Assembly (NCBI GenBank): GCA_964016885.1 | Contig: OZ024748.1 | Span: 47,988,001-48,052,000, forward strand | Source: Eledone cirrhosa | Lineage: Eukaryota | Reading direction: 5' to 3' | Length of the DNA stretch: 64,000 nucleotides | Shown: positions 41,744-54,262 of the stretch, piece by piece | How the letters are laid out: the number at the start of each line of letters is the position of its first letter | Position numbering within the stretch: the stretch's first letter is position 1 | The notes under the pieces: model-generated | The model's database searches: none | The model's input: only the letters and a program-made list of their open reading frames with translations | Told to the model about the DNA's origin: nothing | Made by a program: the position numbers and the translations under genes

Positions 41744-42355
41744 AAAAAACACAGGGCATTATGGGTAATAGAAGTTTCCATGTGGTGCCTACTGAGCACT
41801 ATAATGGAATTTTCACTTTCATATCAAATGTCTTTTATCCTAACAGAATACCAAATGTGTGTGTGTGTGTAGCTGTGTTTGTATATGCTCAGCTGTGTGT
41901 GTGTGTGTGTAGCTGTGTTTGCATATGTTGATCTGTGTGTGAGTGTGTGTGTGTGTGTGTGTATAGATGTGTTTGTATATGTTCATCTGTGTGTGTGTGT
42001 ATAGATGTGTGTGGATATGTTCATCTGTGTGTATGTGTGTATAAATGTGTTTGCATATGTTCATCTGTGTATAGATGTGTTTGTATATGTTCATCTGTGT
42101 GTTTGTGTGTGTGTGTGTAGCTGTGTGTGGATATGTTCATCTGTATGTGTGTAGCTGAGTTTGTATATGTTCATCTGTGTGTGTGTGTGTATATAGCTGT
42201 GTTTGCATATGTTCATCTGAGTGTGTGTCAGTGTATGGCTCTGTCTATATATGTCGCTGTGTGTGTATGTGTGTGTGTGTATGTATTGTATGTGTGTACA
42301 TCTCTATATTTTCATGTGTGTATATCTCTATATATGTCTGTGTGTGTGTCTTGTA

Positions 42356-42403
<48 letters not shown>

Positions 42404-42972
42404 CATGTGTGTATGTGCCTATCTATGTTTGCTTGTATCATACGTGTGTGTGTGTCTGTGTATCGTGCGTGTGTGTGTGTATCGTACGTGTGTGCGTATC
42501 TGTGTATCGTGCGTGTGTGTGTGTATTGTACGTGTGTGTGTGTCTGTGTATCGTGCGTGTGTGTGTGTATCGTACGTGTGTGTGTGTCTGTGTATCGTGC
42601 GCGTGTATGTGTGTGTGTGTGTGTCTATATTTACATGTGTGTGTGTGTATCGTACGTGTGTGTCTATATTTACATGTGTGTAAGTGCCGACATATGTATA
42701 TGTCTGTGTATGAGTGTGTGTCTCTATATTTACGTGTGTGTGTGTGTGAGTCTCTCTATGTATGTGTGAGATAGTAGTAGATTAAATGTCTTTATAACAA
42801 CAATATCGTCTGCACCAGTCAGTGTCCAGTACTTGACCCTGGCCAGTCTATATACGAGTTGGTCAAGTCTTAGAATTGACCAACACATTAACTAAATATA
42901 ACTTACTTCCTAAAATGATTCCATTCAAGATTACAATTTCTTTTAATATAGAATCGATTAATAGAGAAGAAC

Positions 42973-43286
42973 ACTCTCTCTCCCCCACCACTTCTGTCTC
43001 TCTCTCTCTCTCTCTCCCCCACCACTTCTGTCTCTCTCTCTCTCTCCCCCACCACTTCTGTCTCTCTCTCTCTCTCTCCCCCACCACTTCTGTCTGTCTC
43101 TCTCTCTCCCCCACCACTTCTGTCTCTCTCTCTCTCCCCCACTTCTGTCTCTCTCTCTCTCCCCCACTTCTGTCTCTCTCTCTCTCTCTCCCCCACCACT
43201 TCTGTCTCTGTCTCTCTCTCCCCCACCACTTCTGTCTCTCTCTCTCTCTGCCCCACCACTTCTGTCTCTCTCTCTCCCCCACCACT

Positions 43287-43318
<32 letters not shown>

Positions 43319-43418
43319 CCCCACCACTTCTGTCTCTCTCTCTCTCTCTCTCCCCCACCACTTCTGTCTCTCTCTCTCTCTCTCTCTCCCCCACCACTTC
43401 TGTCTCTCTCTCTCCCTC

Positions 43419-43420
<2 letters not shown>
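42973..43420. repeat. (CT)n-ccccaccacttctgt variable-unit repeat
   Basis: Direct inspection. Confidence 0.9.
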
Positions 43421-43455
<35 letters not shown>

Positions 43456-43456
43456 G

Positions 43457-43514
<58 letters not shown>

Positions 43515-43526
43515 GTTTATATATAT

Positions 43527-43707
43527 AATTTCTACTTTTGACACAAGGCCAGCAAATACCCAGTGCATTACTGGTACTTTATTTTATCGACCCCGTAAGG
43601 ATGAAAGGCAAAGTTAACCTCGACGGGATTTGAACTCAGAATGGCAAGGACCTTAACTCTATGCGTCAAAGCATGGCGTCCGACCCTCTACCGATACTGC
43701 CAATCCA
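43527..43707 (-). mobile_element. SINE family A
   Basis: Consensus match with A/B boxes on the minus strand. Confidence 0.85.
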
Positions 43708-43782
43708 AATGTGTATGTGTGTGTGTGTGTGTATGTGTGTGTGTGTGTATGCATGTGTATTTATATATATATATGTGCTTGA

Positions 43783-43820
<38 letters not shown>

Positions 43821-44063
43821 TCAAACACATATATATATATATATATAGACGTGTCCGTCGAACTTGCGGGTCCAGAATCAGACAGATCCACACAATGAGC
43901 GCGTCTCCAGCTGTCCGCCAGCGAAACAATTGTAACACACAATAAATTGAGTTCAGATGCATCACTGATTTTTCGTTTTCTGTACTATCATACTCTGCTC
44001 TGTAAGACCATAGAGTGCTTAACCGGCATACCGCCTATGGAAGCATCTTAGCTACCATCAGAC

Positions 44064-44097
<34 letters not shown>

Positions 44098-44195
44098 GTA
44101 ATAATAATAAAATTGAAGACTAAAATCCAAAGAGGGCTCGATAAGGAAAATATATATCAAATATATAAGAACCGTAGAGCAAATCTGTTATTTTA

Positions 44196-44271
<76 letters not shown>

Positions 44272-44343
44272 CATCATCATCAGCGTTTAACGTCCATTTT
44301 CCACGGTAGAAAGGATTAGATGATATATATATATATATTTATT

Positions 44344-44568
44344 TAATTATGTAAGAAACAACATAAGACAATTATTCCTTTTACCAGAGGTTTCACGAAG
44401 ACAGACAAGCTCAACACAGACGTCTGAAATCGTCTGAGCTCATCTGTTTTCATGAAACCTTTGGTAAATGGAATATTTGACTTATGTTGTTTATTACATA
44501 ATTATATAGCTCTGTAGCATACATAGAGCACTCTCCTTTCCTTTACCCTTCCTATGTAAATACTTTGT
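44344..44568 (+). mobile_element. Diverged fold-back element of the same family as the 12601 hammerhead
   Basis: Imperfect palindrome 44344-44504; right arm gaaacctttggtaaatggaatatttgacttatgttgtttattacataat aligns with 12641-12690; tail 44505-44568. Confidence 0.75.
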
Positions 44569-44699
44569 ATATATATATATCAAATTAAAAAAATGGAGTT
44601 AAAAACTCACATTAATCCCTTATAATTTAGGGAGTCAAGTAATAGATTCTGAGCTCTTTAAATATCAACATATAGAGAGAAGTACACGTAGAGATATTC

Positions 44700-44962
44700 T
44701 ATTCTAAAGCGGGTAAAATTCCCGAGATCCATGGACGAGTTCTCTCCAGCGGTCTCTGTCCCTCATTATCGCTGCCATGTCCTGCGTCTCCAACAGACCA
44801 GTGTCTGTCCTTAGGGCATCAACATATGTTAACCTTGGTCTTCCTCTTCTAGTGTGTCCATGTAGGGGCTCCCAAAGGAGCATTGAGTGCAATGTCAACT
44901 CTGGATGTCGGTGAGCATGTCCAGCTAACCTCAGTCTCCTCTGTGTCACTTTTGAGCTGACG
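44700..44962 (-). mobile_element. RTE-like LINE 3' ORF fragment
   Basis: RRLRLAGHAHRH...LLWEP...RRGRPRLTYVD...RDRWR. Confidence 0.82.
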
Positions 44963-45096
44963 TAGAGATATGTGTTCAATCAAAGGGGATCAAGAACCAT
45001 CAGAGTCACAAACATATTACCTACGGAAGGAATAGTGAATATAAATCAATAAAAAGAATATATTAAAGAGTACTGACCATCTGATTATAACAATAA

Positions 45097-45176
45097 CACC
45101 CGGACATGCTCAAATAAGAGTATGTTTCGCTATAAGTGAAGAATCCATATTGTATGATGTAGCTCATCAGTGGGTG
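45097..45176 (-). ncRNA. Type I hammerhead ribozyme motif with extended stem III
   Basis: Reverse complement: caccca-CTGATGA-gcta...tagc-GAAA-catactc-ttattt-gagcatg-TC-cgggtg; one mismatch at the base of stem I. Confidence 0.75.
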
Positions 45177-45370
45177 ACCTAGCTATATGATCAACACTTC
45201 TAAGTAAATATATCAGATAACTAAGAAAACATGCATGGTATAGAGGAAAGACACATGTGTTTTATACTCCATGCTGATGTAAATAGAACAAAAGACTGCT
45301 AAATATATATATTATTTATAGATGTATAAATATCGTCTATATATATATATATATATATGCACGTATGTAC

Positions 45371-45748
45371 ATCATCATCATCATTTTACGTCCACTTTTC
45401 CCTGCTTTCAAAGGTGGGACGGGAACTGATTCTGGCTTGATTTCTACAGCTGGATGCCCTTCCTAACACCAACCTCATTTACAGTGAGTGCTGGGTGTTT
45501 TTTTTCCGTGGCGCCTACATATTCACTTTACAGTGAGGGCTGGGTCCTTTTTTGCCGTGGCACATCCACGACCACTTTACAGTGGAATGATAGAGACCTC
45601 AGTCCCTATCATCTACAGCTGAGTAAACTGGAGCAATGTGAAATAAAGTGTCTTGTTCAAGGAAACAACACATCACCAAGTCTGAGAATTGAACTCACAA
45701 CCTTTCGATTGCAAGGCCAATGCTCTAACCACTAAGCCATGTGCCTCC
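45371..45748 (-). mobile_element. SINE family B, full length
   Basis: Same consensus as 10621-10955. Confidence 0.85.
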
Positions 45749-45757
45749 ATATATACA

Positions 45758-45801
<44 letters not shown>

Positions 45802-45807
<6 letters not shown>

Positions 45808-46079
45808 AATCAACAAAGAAGCCTTTAATACATTAAAAATCTTTATTCGCTGACAATGTTTCGTCCCAGTAATTAGGGCTCTGAAGAGCTCTGAAGAGTC
45901 CTAATTACTGGTAAGTCCTAATAATTGTCAGCAAATAAAGATTTTTAATGTATTAAAGGCTTCTTTGTTGATTTATATAATTTTTTCGGCTCTGTTTGAT
46001 AACATTGAGCTATCTCTTGTACTGTCATTTCTCTAATGCGACGAGTGTGTTTGACTCTAATACACTCAAGTGTTTTTAT

Positions 46080-46082
<3 letters not shown>
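45802..46082 (+). mobile_element. Fold-back element with hammerhead split between the arms, plus tail
   Basis: Palindrome 45802-45979; + strand gct-CTGAAGA-gtcctaattactgg; left arm reverse complement ccctaattactgggac-GAAA-cattg-TC-agc. Confidence 0.75.
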
Positions 46083-46143
<61 letters not shown>

Positions 46144-46160
46144 TATGTACATATATATAT

Positions 46161-46353
46161 AAGTAAGTTTATCCCGGATTCAATCGGGGGTAACCACAGT
46201 AAGTAAGGTACTCAATACAAAACAGAGTATAAATATTTAATATAGAAAAGGCTTCTACAGGACTAGAACTGTTTCATTCGGGAAAAATCTTAGGAGCCCA
46301 TGATTCCTGATGATTTCTCCCGAATGAAACAGTTCTAGTCCTGTAGAAGCCTT
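46161..46353 (-). mobile_element. Fold-back element with tail on the left and a CTGATGA...GAAAC remnant
   Basis: Palindrome 46248-46353; tail 46161-46247 next to (TA)n. Confidence 0.7.
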
Positions 46354-46405
46354 GTGTGTAGATGTGTGTGTGTGTAGATGTGTGTGTGTATAGATGTGTG
46401 TGTGT

Positions 46406-46493
<88 letters not shown>

Positions 46494-46663
46494 GTGTGTG
46501 TGTGCGTCTTCTTATCAGCACCTATTAAGTAATCTGTGACCTCAATAATGATGGCGGTGATTGCAGTGGCAGTGGTTATGCTGATGGTGATGATGTTGGT
46601 ATTGTTTTTTGTATTTGTAATAGTTTTTCTTTCAATTTCTTCTATTATTTCTTTCTTCTACAG

Positions 46664-46710
46664 CTTTTGGTAATGCCAAGACAGCCAGAAATGACAATTC
46701 TTCCAGATTT
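46664..46710 (+). CDS. Myosin I exon: (A)FGNAKTARNDNSSRF (switch I)
   Basis: Polypyrimidine tract + ctacag acceptor, gtaagt donor; 47 nt, phase 1-0; conserved AFGNAKTxxNDNSSRF motif. Confidence 0.97.
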
Positions 46711-46769
46711 GTAAGTTGTTTTTATATCTGGTTCTCTTTTCTTTTGGTTTTATATATATATACATATAT

Positions 46770-47043
46770 CATCATCATCATCATCATCATTTCATTTTAC
46801 GTCCGCTTTTCCCTGCTTGCAAGGGTGGAACGGGAACTGGTTCTGGCTTGATTTCTACAGCTGGATGCCCTTCCTAACACCAACCTCATTTACAGTGAGT
46901 GCTGGGTGCTTTTTTTGCCGTGGCACCTCCATGACCACTTTGCAGTGGAATGATAGGGACCCAGTCCCTATCATATCATTTCTACAGCTGAGTAAACTGG
47001 AGCAATGTGAAATAAAGTGCCTTGCTCAAGGAAACAACACATC
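46770..47043 (-). mobile_element. SINE family B, head truncated
   Basis: Consensus match. Confidence 0.85.
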
Positions 47044-47063
47044 GCATATTTATATATATATAT

Positions 47064-47313
47064 ATAAATTAATAAAAACAATGAAATAAAAACAAAGAAC
47101 AAGTTCCTTATATTAAAAAATTCATCATTTTACGTTAATATAAGGAACTTGTTCTTTGTTTTTATTTCATTGTTTTTATTAATTTATCTTGACACTGTTT
47201 TCCTATGATTTTTATCAAAAATGTTTGAATGCATCTTCTCTTTTCATGATATTTGGATTACATTGAGTTCTTCATACGGATTGGACACTACCGTATATTT
47301 TGGTAGATTTATC

Positions 47314-47318
<5 letters not shown>
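47064..47318 (+). mobile_element. Fold-back element (53-bp arms 47064-47116 / 47135-47187) plus tail in (TA)n
   Basis: Perfect inverted arms with an 18-nt loop. Confidence 0.7.
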
Positions 47319-47361
<43 letters not shown>

Positions 47362-47519
47362 TTGCACGCATAGGACTGTCTAGAAAACCCGCCAGACAGT
47401 CCTATACGAGCAAGACAACCACTCTTGCCTCAAGTGGGAAAACACCCGTCCAAACCCATGCAAGCGTGGAATATGGACGTTAAACGATGATGATGATGAT
47501 GATGATGATGATATATTTG

Positions 47520-47852
47520 CTATCGCTTTGACCCCACTCGGTCACGAATAACTATGGTTTTGCACCTAGAAAGTTCCCCTCCGAGGCACAAGCTTGGGCA
47601 AGGTTGTTTGAGGTGGACCAGTAGTCTCTCCTGCATACCAGTCTACCCTCTCCATGCCACCGGTGTGTCCAAGGGAAAAGCAATGACTGTTACAGCTTGG
47701 CATCAGTGACGTCGCAACTCATTTCTATAGCAGAGTAAACTGGAGCAACGTGAAATAAAGTGTCTTGCTCAAGGATACAACACATTACCTGGTCTGAGAA
47801 TCAAACTCACAACCTCTCAATTGCGAACCCAATGCTCTAACCACTAAGCCAG
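47520..47852 (-). mobile_element. SINE sharing the family-B head/core but with a different 3' half
   Basis: ctcatttctatagcagagtaaactggagcaacgtgaaataaagtgtcttgctc...aaccactaagcc is shared; the left part differs. Confidence 0.7.
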
Positions 47853-47889
47853 GTGACTTCAGATATATATATATATATATATATATCAA

Positions 47890-48562
47890 CATCATCATCA
47901 TCATTTTACATCCGCTCTTCCCTGCTTGCAAGGGTGGGATGGGTCTTATTCAGCACAGCATCTCTCCACTTGTCACGGTCCTTCATCATCTCCACCGTGA
48001 GCTTCTGCGATCTGGGATCTGCTCTCACCACCTCTACCCATGTTTTTCGCGGTATACCTCTACCACGTCTACCTTCAACTGGCATTTCCTGGTACTTCTT
48101 CACCCATCGGTCATCCTCCATGCGCATCACATGTCCATACCATCGCAGTCTCCTCTCCCACACACTACAATCTATCCCTCTCAGACACAGTTTCTCTCTC
48201 AACACATCCTTGCTCGGTTGTTCACGCACATTGACATTGCACATGTTGGATGTGCAATGTCAATGTGCGTGAACGACCGAGCATGTTTGCCTCATTTCTC
48301 TCCAGCCATCACATATCCTCCTCAGTTGCTGCCCATGTCTCACTACCATGCAGCATCGCGCTCCTCACACAGGCATCATATAACCGGCCTTTCATACGCA
48401 GGGAGAAACCCTTCTTCGTCAGCAGAGGAAGCAGCTCCCTAAACTTCTTCCAACCCGTCCTTATTCTAGATACTATGGCCTTGGAACCCCCCCCCCCCAT
48501 GCTAATCTAATCTCCTAGGTACCGGAAGCTATCAACCACTTCTATAGCATCCACCTGCATTT
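47890..48562 (-). mobile_element. RTE-clade LINE 3' fragment, related to 21632-22931
   Basis: RIRTGWKKFRELLPLL...HGSETW...RRLRWYGHV...; (TGA)n tail at the left end. Confidence 0.9.
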
Positions 48563-48609
48563 GAATATATATATATATTTTGAATACTATTCTCGCTGAA
48601 TTTATATTT

Positions 48610-48860
48610 ATCATCATCATCGTTTAACGTCCATCTTCCACGCTTGCATGCGTTTGGACGGGAATTTTCCCACTTGAGGCAAGATTGGTTGTCTTGCTCG
48701 CATAGGACTGTCTGGCGGGTTTTCTACGGCTGGATGCCCTTCCTAACACCAACCTCGTTTACAGTGTCAACTGGGAGGTTTTTATCGTGTTACCTACACG
48801 GCCACATTACAGCGTGGACTGCGTGCTTTTTTGTCATGACACCTACACGACCTCATTTAT
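48610..48860 (-). mobile_element. SINE-B/RTE-tail element fragment
   Basis: 3' part aligns with the 3' UTR of the RTE at 22790-22931. Confidence 0.75.
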
Positions 48861-49683
48861 TTCGGACTGGATGTTGTGGTACCAAACATAACTTTACATC
48901 GAAAGGGGTGGTGTGGATGGGGTGGGGGTAGTGGAGCGGGTGTGTATTTTTGTTAAGAGGTGTTTATATATATATATATATATTACGTATTTTATTTAAC
49001 ATTGATAAATAAACTAATATGTAATATATAGGACTTTGTTTCTGAAAGACTGACTCACCAAAATACGGAACCAATCACTCGAACTCACTGAATTACATTG
49101 TAACAGATTACATTTAGTTCTAACTACGGTATACCACAAAAGGTAGACCACATTGTATATATATATTTGGATTGGGGGGGGGGTCTTTGTCCATTAAAAC
49201 ACTGTTAATACTTTTCCTATTTTCCTTTTGAGTACCCTTGACCATTTTTATTCTCTAGAAGTACTTTGCCCCATTTCTTCAGCTATTATCTATAGTGTTC
49301 AACTGATATTACTAATGTGTTTTTTTCTGTTTGGGAGTCTCACATATCCAAATTTTCAAGTGTTTCGATAATTCATCAGGCAAGCTTACATCCAGCTATC
49401 TACTATAAACAAGCTGTATAGTCATTTCACCTTGCTCTTAGAGCTCCTGATGGAGTCACAGGGGTGCCATTGTGACATACAGTGATTCTGAGGTATTTTA
49501 AAGCCTGCTCGAGCCCATCTCCTCTCCAGGTCTGAATACACCAGATTTCTTCTAGAGTATAGTACATAGAATAATGTACAAATGTCAGGAAAGATATACA
49601 CATCATTCTAAAAACTGGGATACACATGGAAAATACAGAAGTATAATCCATATATAAACATGCAGGGATATGGTGTACAAAGT

Positions 49684-50116
49684 AATTGTTTCTACTTTAG
49701 GCACAAGGCCAGCAATTACCCAGTGCATTACTGGTACTTTATTTTATCGACCCCGTAAGGATGAAAGGCAAAGTCAACCTCGGCGGGATTTGAACTCAGA
49801 TCGTAAAGGGACGTAACTATGCTGGAAAGCATGGCGTCCGACCCTCTACCGATACTGCCATATGATAATGAAAATGATTGTGTACAGTGCTCAGGTGCAC
49901 TACAACTCATCAAAAGTGCATGGATAGCACATAGAATAATTGTTTCTACTTTTGGCACAAGGCCAGCAATTATCCCAGAGCATTGCTGGTGCTTTATTAT
50001 ATCGATCTCGTAGGGATGAAAGGTGATGTTAACAACGGCGGGATTTGAACTCAGACGGTAAAGGGCCGTAACTGTATGCTGTAACATGGCGTCCATCCCT
50101 CTACCGGTACTGCCAA
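49684..50116 (-). mobile_element. Two SINE family A copies (about 49684-49860 and 49936-50116)
   Basis: Consensus match. Confidence 0.85.
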
Positions 50117-50265
50117 ATTGAAGCACATAGCTGAATAGAATAATGTACAAATGTCAGGAAAGTGAACAGTTTATCAGTCATGATATACACACAATTCTAA
50201 AAACTGGGATATACATGGAAAATACAGAAGTATACTCTTTATATCACCATGTAGAGATATGGTGT

Positions 50266-50695
50266 CATCATCATCATCACCGTTTTACATTCGTTCTTCC
50301 ACACTAGCATGGGTTATATGGGTTTCCCAGTTGTAGGCAGTGTCCAGTCAGCTGACCTTGTCTTGCTCATACAGGAACTGATTCTGGCTTGATTTCTATA
50401 GCCCTTCCTAACACCAACCTCATTTACAGTGAGTGCTGGGTGCTTTTTTTGCTGTGGCACATCCACATCCACTTTACAGTGTGGGCCAGGTGCTTTTTTT
50501 GCCGTGGCACCTCCACGACCACTTTGCAGTGGAATGATAGGGACCCCAGTCCCTATCATCTCATTTCTACAGCTGAGTAAACTGGAGCATTGTGAAATAA
50601 AGTGTCTTGCTCAAGGAAACAGCACATCACCCAGTCTGAGAATTGAACTCACAACCTTTCGTTTGCAAGCCCAATGCTCTAACCACTAAGCCATG
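50266..50695 (-). mobile_element. SINE family B, full length, long-tail variant
   Basis: Consensus match; tail homologous to the arms of the 24833-25100 palindrome. Confidence 0.85.
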
Positions 50696-50702
50696 TACCA
50701 TT

Positions 50703-52957
50703 TTCTAAAAACTGGGATACACATGGAAAATACATGAGTATATTCCATATATCAACATGTAGGGATATGGTGTATATATTCTAAAAACTGGGATACACAT
50801 GTAAAATCCATGAGTATATTCCATATATCAACATGTAGGGATATGGTGTATATATTCTAAAAACTGGGATACACATGGAAAATCCATGTGTATACTCCAT
50901 ATATCAACATGTAGGGATATGGTGTATATATTCTAAAAACTGGGATACACATGTAAAATCCATGAGTATATTCCATATATCAACATGTAGGGATATGGTG
51001 TATATATTCTAAAAACTGGGATACACATGGAAAATACATGTGTATACTCCATATATCAACATGTAGGGATATGGTGTATATATTCTAAAAACTGGTATAC
51101 ACATGTAAAATACATGAGTATACTCCATATATCAACATGTAGGGATGTGGTGTATATATTCTAAAAACTGGGATACACATGTAAAATCCATGAGTATATT
51201 CCATATATCAACATGTAGGGATATGGTGTATATATTCTAAAAACTGGTATACACATGTAAAATACATGAGTATACTCCATATATCAACATGTAGGGATGT
51301 GGTGTATATATTCTAAAAACTGGGATACACATGTAAAATCCATGAGTATATTCCATATATCAACATGTAGGGATATGGTGTATATATTCTAAAAACTGGT
51401 ATACACATGTAAAATACATGAGTATACTCCATATATCAACATGTAGGGATGTGGTGTATATATTCTAAAAACTGGGATACACATGTAAAATCCATGAGTA
51501 TATTCCATATATCAACATGTAGGGATATGGTGTATATATTCTAAAAACTGGTATACACATGTAAAATACATGAGTATACTCCATATATCAACATGTAGGG
51601 ATGTGGTGTATATATTCTAAAAACTGGGATACACATGTAAAATCCATGAGTATATTCCATATATCAACATGTAGGGATATGGTGTATATATTCTAAAAAC
51701 TGGTATACACATGTAAAATACATGTGTATACTCCATATATCAACATGTAGGGATATGGTGTATATATTCTAAAAACTGGTATACACATGTAAAATACATG
51801 AGTATACTCCATATATCAACATGTAGGGATGTGGTGTATATATTCTAAAAACTGGTATACACATGTAAAATACATGAGTATACTCCATATATCAACATGT
51901 AGGGATATGGTGTATATATTCTAAAAACTGGTATACACATGTAAAATACATGAGTATACTCCATATATCAACATGTAGGGATGTGGTGTATATATTCTAA
52001 AAACTGGTATACACATGTAAAATACATGAGTATACTCCATATATCAACATGTAGGGATATGGTGTATATATTCTAAAAACTGGTATACACATGGAAAATA
52101 CATGTGTATACTCCATATATCAACATGTAGGGATGTGGTGTATATATTCTAAAAACTGGGATACACATGGAAAATACATGTGTATACTCCATATATCAAC
52201 ATGTAGGGATGTGGTGTATATATTCTAAAAACTGGGATACACATGTAAAATCCATGAGTATATTCCATATATCAACATGTAGGGATATGGTGTATATATT
52301 CTAAAAACTGGTATACACATGTAAAATACATGAGTATACTCCATATATCAACATGTAGCGATGTGGTGTATATATTCTAAAAACTGGGATACACATGTAA
52401 AATCCATGAGTATATTCCATATATCAACATGTAGGGATATGGTGTATATATTCTAAAAACTGGTATACACATGTAAAATACATGTGTATACTCCATATAT
52501 CAACATGTAGGGATATGGTGTATATATTCTAAAAACTGGTATACACATGTAAAATACATGAGTATACTCCATATATCAACATGTAGGGATGTGGTGTATA
52601 TATTCTAAAAACTGGTATACACATGTAAAATACATGAGTATACTCCATATATCAACATGTAGGGATATGGTGTATATATTCTAAAAACTGGTATACACAT
52701 GTAAAATACATGAGTATACTCCATATATCAACATGTAGGGATGTGGTGTATATATTCTAAAAACTGGTATACACATGTAAAATACATGAGTATACTCCAT
52801 ATATCAACATGTAGGGATATGGTGTATATATTCTAAAAACTGGTATACACATGGAAAATACATGTGTATACTCCATATATCAACATGTAGGGATGTGGTG
52901 TATATATTCTAAAAACTGGTATACACATGGAAAATACATGTGTATACTCCATATATT
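50703..52957. repeat. 76-bp minisatellite, about 30 units
   Basis: ttctaaaaactgg recurs at 50703, 50779, 50855, ... Confidence 0.96.
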
Positions 52958-53021
52958 CTTTCTGTTATTTTCATTGTTTTTTGGATGATATTAACGTTGT
53001 TATTGTTGTTTTGTCTTTCAG

Positions 53022-53085
53022 GGGAAATATATGGACATAGAATTTGATTATAAAGGGGATCCTATTGGCGGGGTCATTACAAATT
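53022..53085 (+). CDS. Myosin I exon: GKYMDIEFDYKGDPIGGVITN(Y)
   Basis: tttcag/gtaagt sites; 64 nt, phase 0-1; GKYMDIEFDxKGDPxGG is typical of class I myosins. Confidence 0.97.
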
Positions 53086-53167
53086 GTAAGTATCTGTAGT
53101 TTTGTAGGAGATTTTGGATTTAACAGGATAGGACATTGTGGTGGGAGGGACAGGAGGTAGGTCGATA

Positions 53168-53198
<31 letters not shown>

Positions 53199-53769
53199 AG
53201 ATATAGATATAGATATAGATCGATAGATAGTGTAATATAGAGATAGAGAGAAACTGGACTAGTGGGTGAGAAGATTAGAAGACACACATTCAAACGTATC
53301 TACAACCTATATTATCCAGTGCCTTTTTCTGATAGCAGGTTGGGATTTTGGTGGGGGTGCAGTGCATGGAGGTATTGATTGTGATTTCCAGCAGATAGAA
53401 CGACCATATAGGCACGTACTCAATGGCACTTTAAAATAAAATAAAACTGAATTAAAATAAATTAAAATTAAAATTTAAAATAAAAATAAAAATTAAAAAT
53501 TAAAATTAAAAAATTAAAATTGAAAATTAAAATTGAAAATTAAAATTAAAATTTGAAAATTAAAATTAAAAATTAAAATTGAAAATTAAAATTGAAAATT
53601 AATATTAAAAATTAATATTAAAAATTAATATTAAAAATTAATATTAAAAATTAAAAACTAAAAATGAAAAATGAAAAATGAAATATAAAATAAAATAAAA
53701 TAAAAATAAATAAAAAAAGCAAAAGAAAAATATCAGAAAAAAATAAAATGAAATGAAATCTAGGGGAAA

Positions 53770-54262
53770 TTACTTGCATCTAAGAAAGCTTAAGAGTTAT
53801 GTCCCATAAGAATTGGTTACTTATTTCTAATTTTATATCTAGTATGGTTAGAATTTGTCCTGAGCCAGGTGTCATATCAGTCCTAGGGAATTGCGGTATT
53901 GGGGCTGCATCCCGCGGACAAGACCACAAAAGCATTCGCGCAGACAATAGCCAGCGATACCCGCTGCAATAGCCACCCAAGCTCGCGGGCTCCTTCCTCA
54001 GATGGGCAGCTGACGTTCCAATCTTGCAGAGGAACTCAGCACAGCAGTACGGGGTTTAAGTATGCCTGACGTCTCGAAGGCAGCCACCAGTGTGAAGAGG
54101 AAGTGACTGGACAATCTAGGGTAGCTGTTTATCTTCGTTTCCTCAAAATTGCGAGCTGCAGTACCGGGGCTCCTGGCCAAAGGGACTAAGTTGGAGGCGG
54201 AGAACGAGTCCCATATGAGGGATCTACCACCTTCGAATAGCAAGAGGATAATTCCATCAGGG
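53770..54262 (-). mobile_element. Decayed CRE-like non-LTR retrotransposon 3' fragment (REL endonuclease)
   Basis: Reverse-complement translation PDGIILLLFEGGRSLIWD...AAR..EETK..SY..L...F....AFETSG...RELGWLLQRVSLAIVCANA fits the PDG...D / K..Y / ETxG / QRxSxAIxxxNA pattern. Confidence 0.75.
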
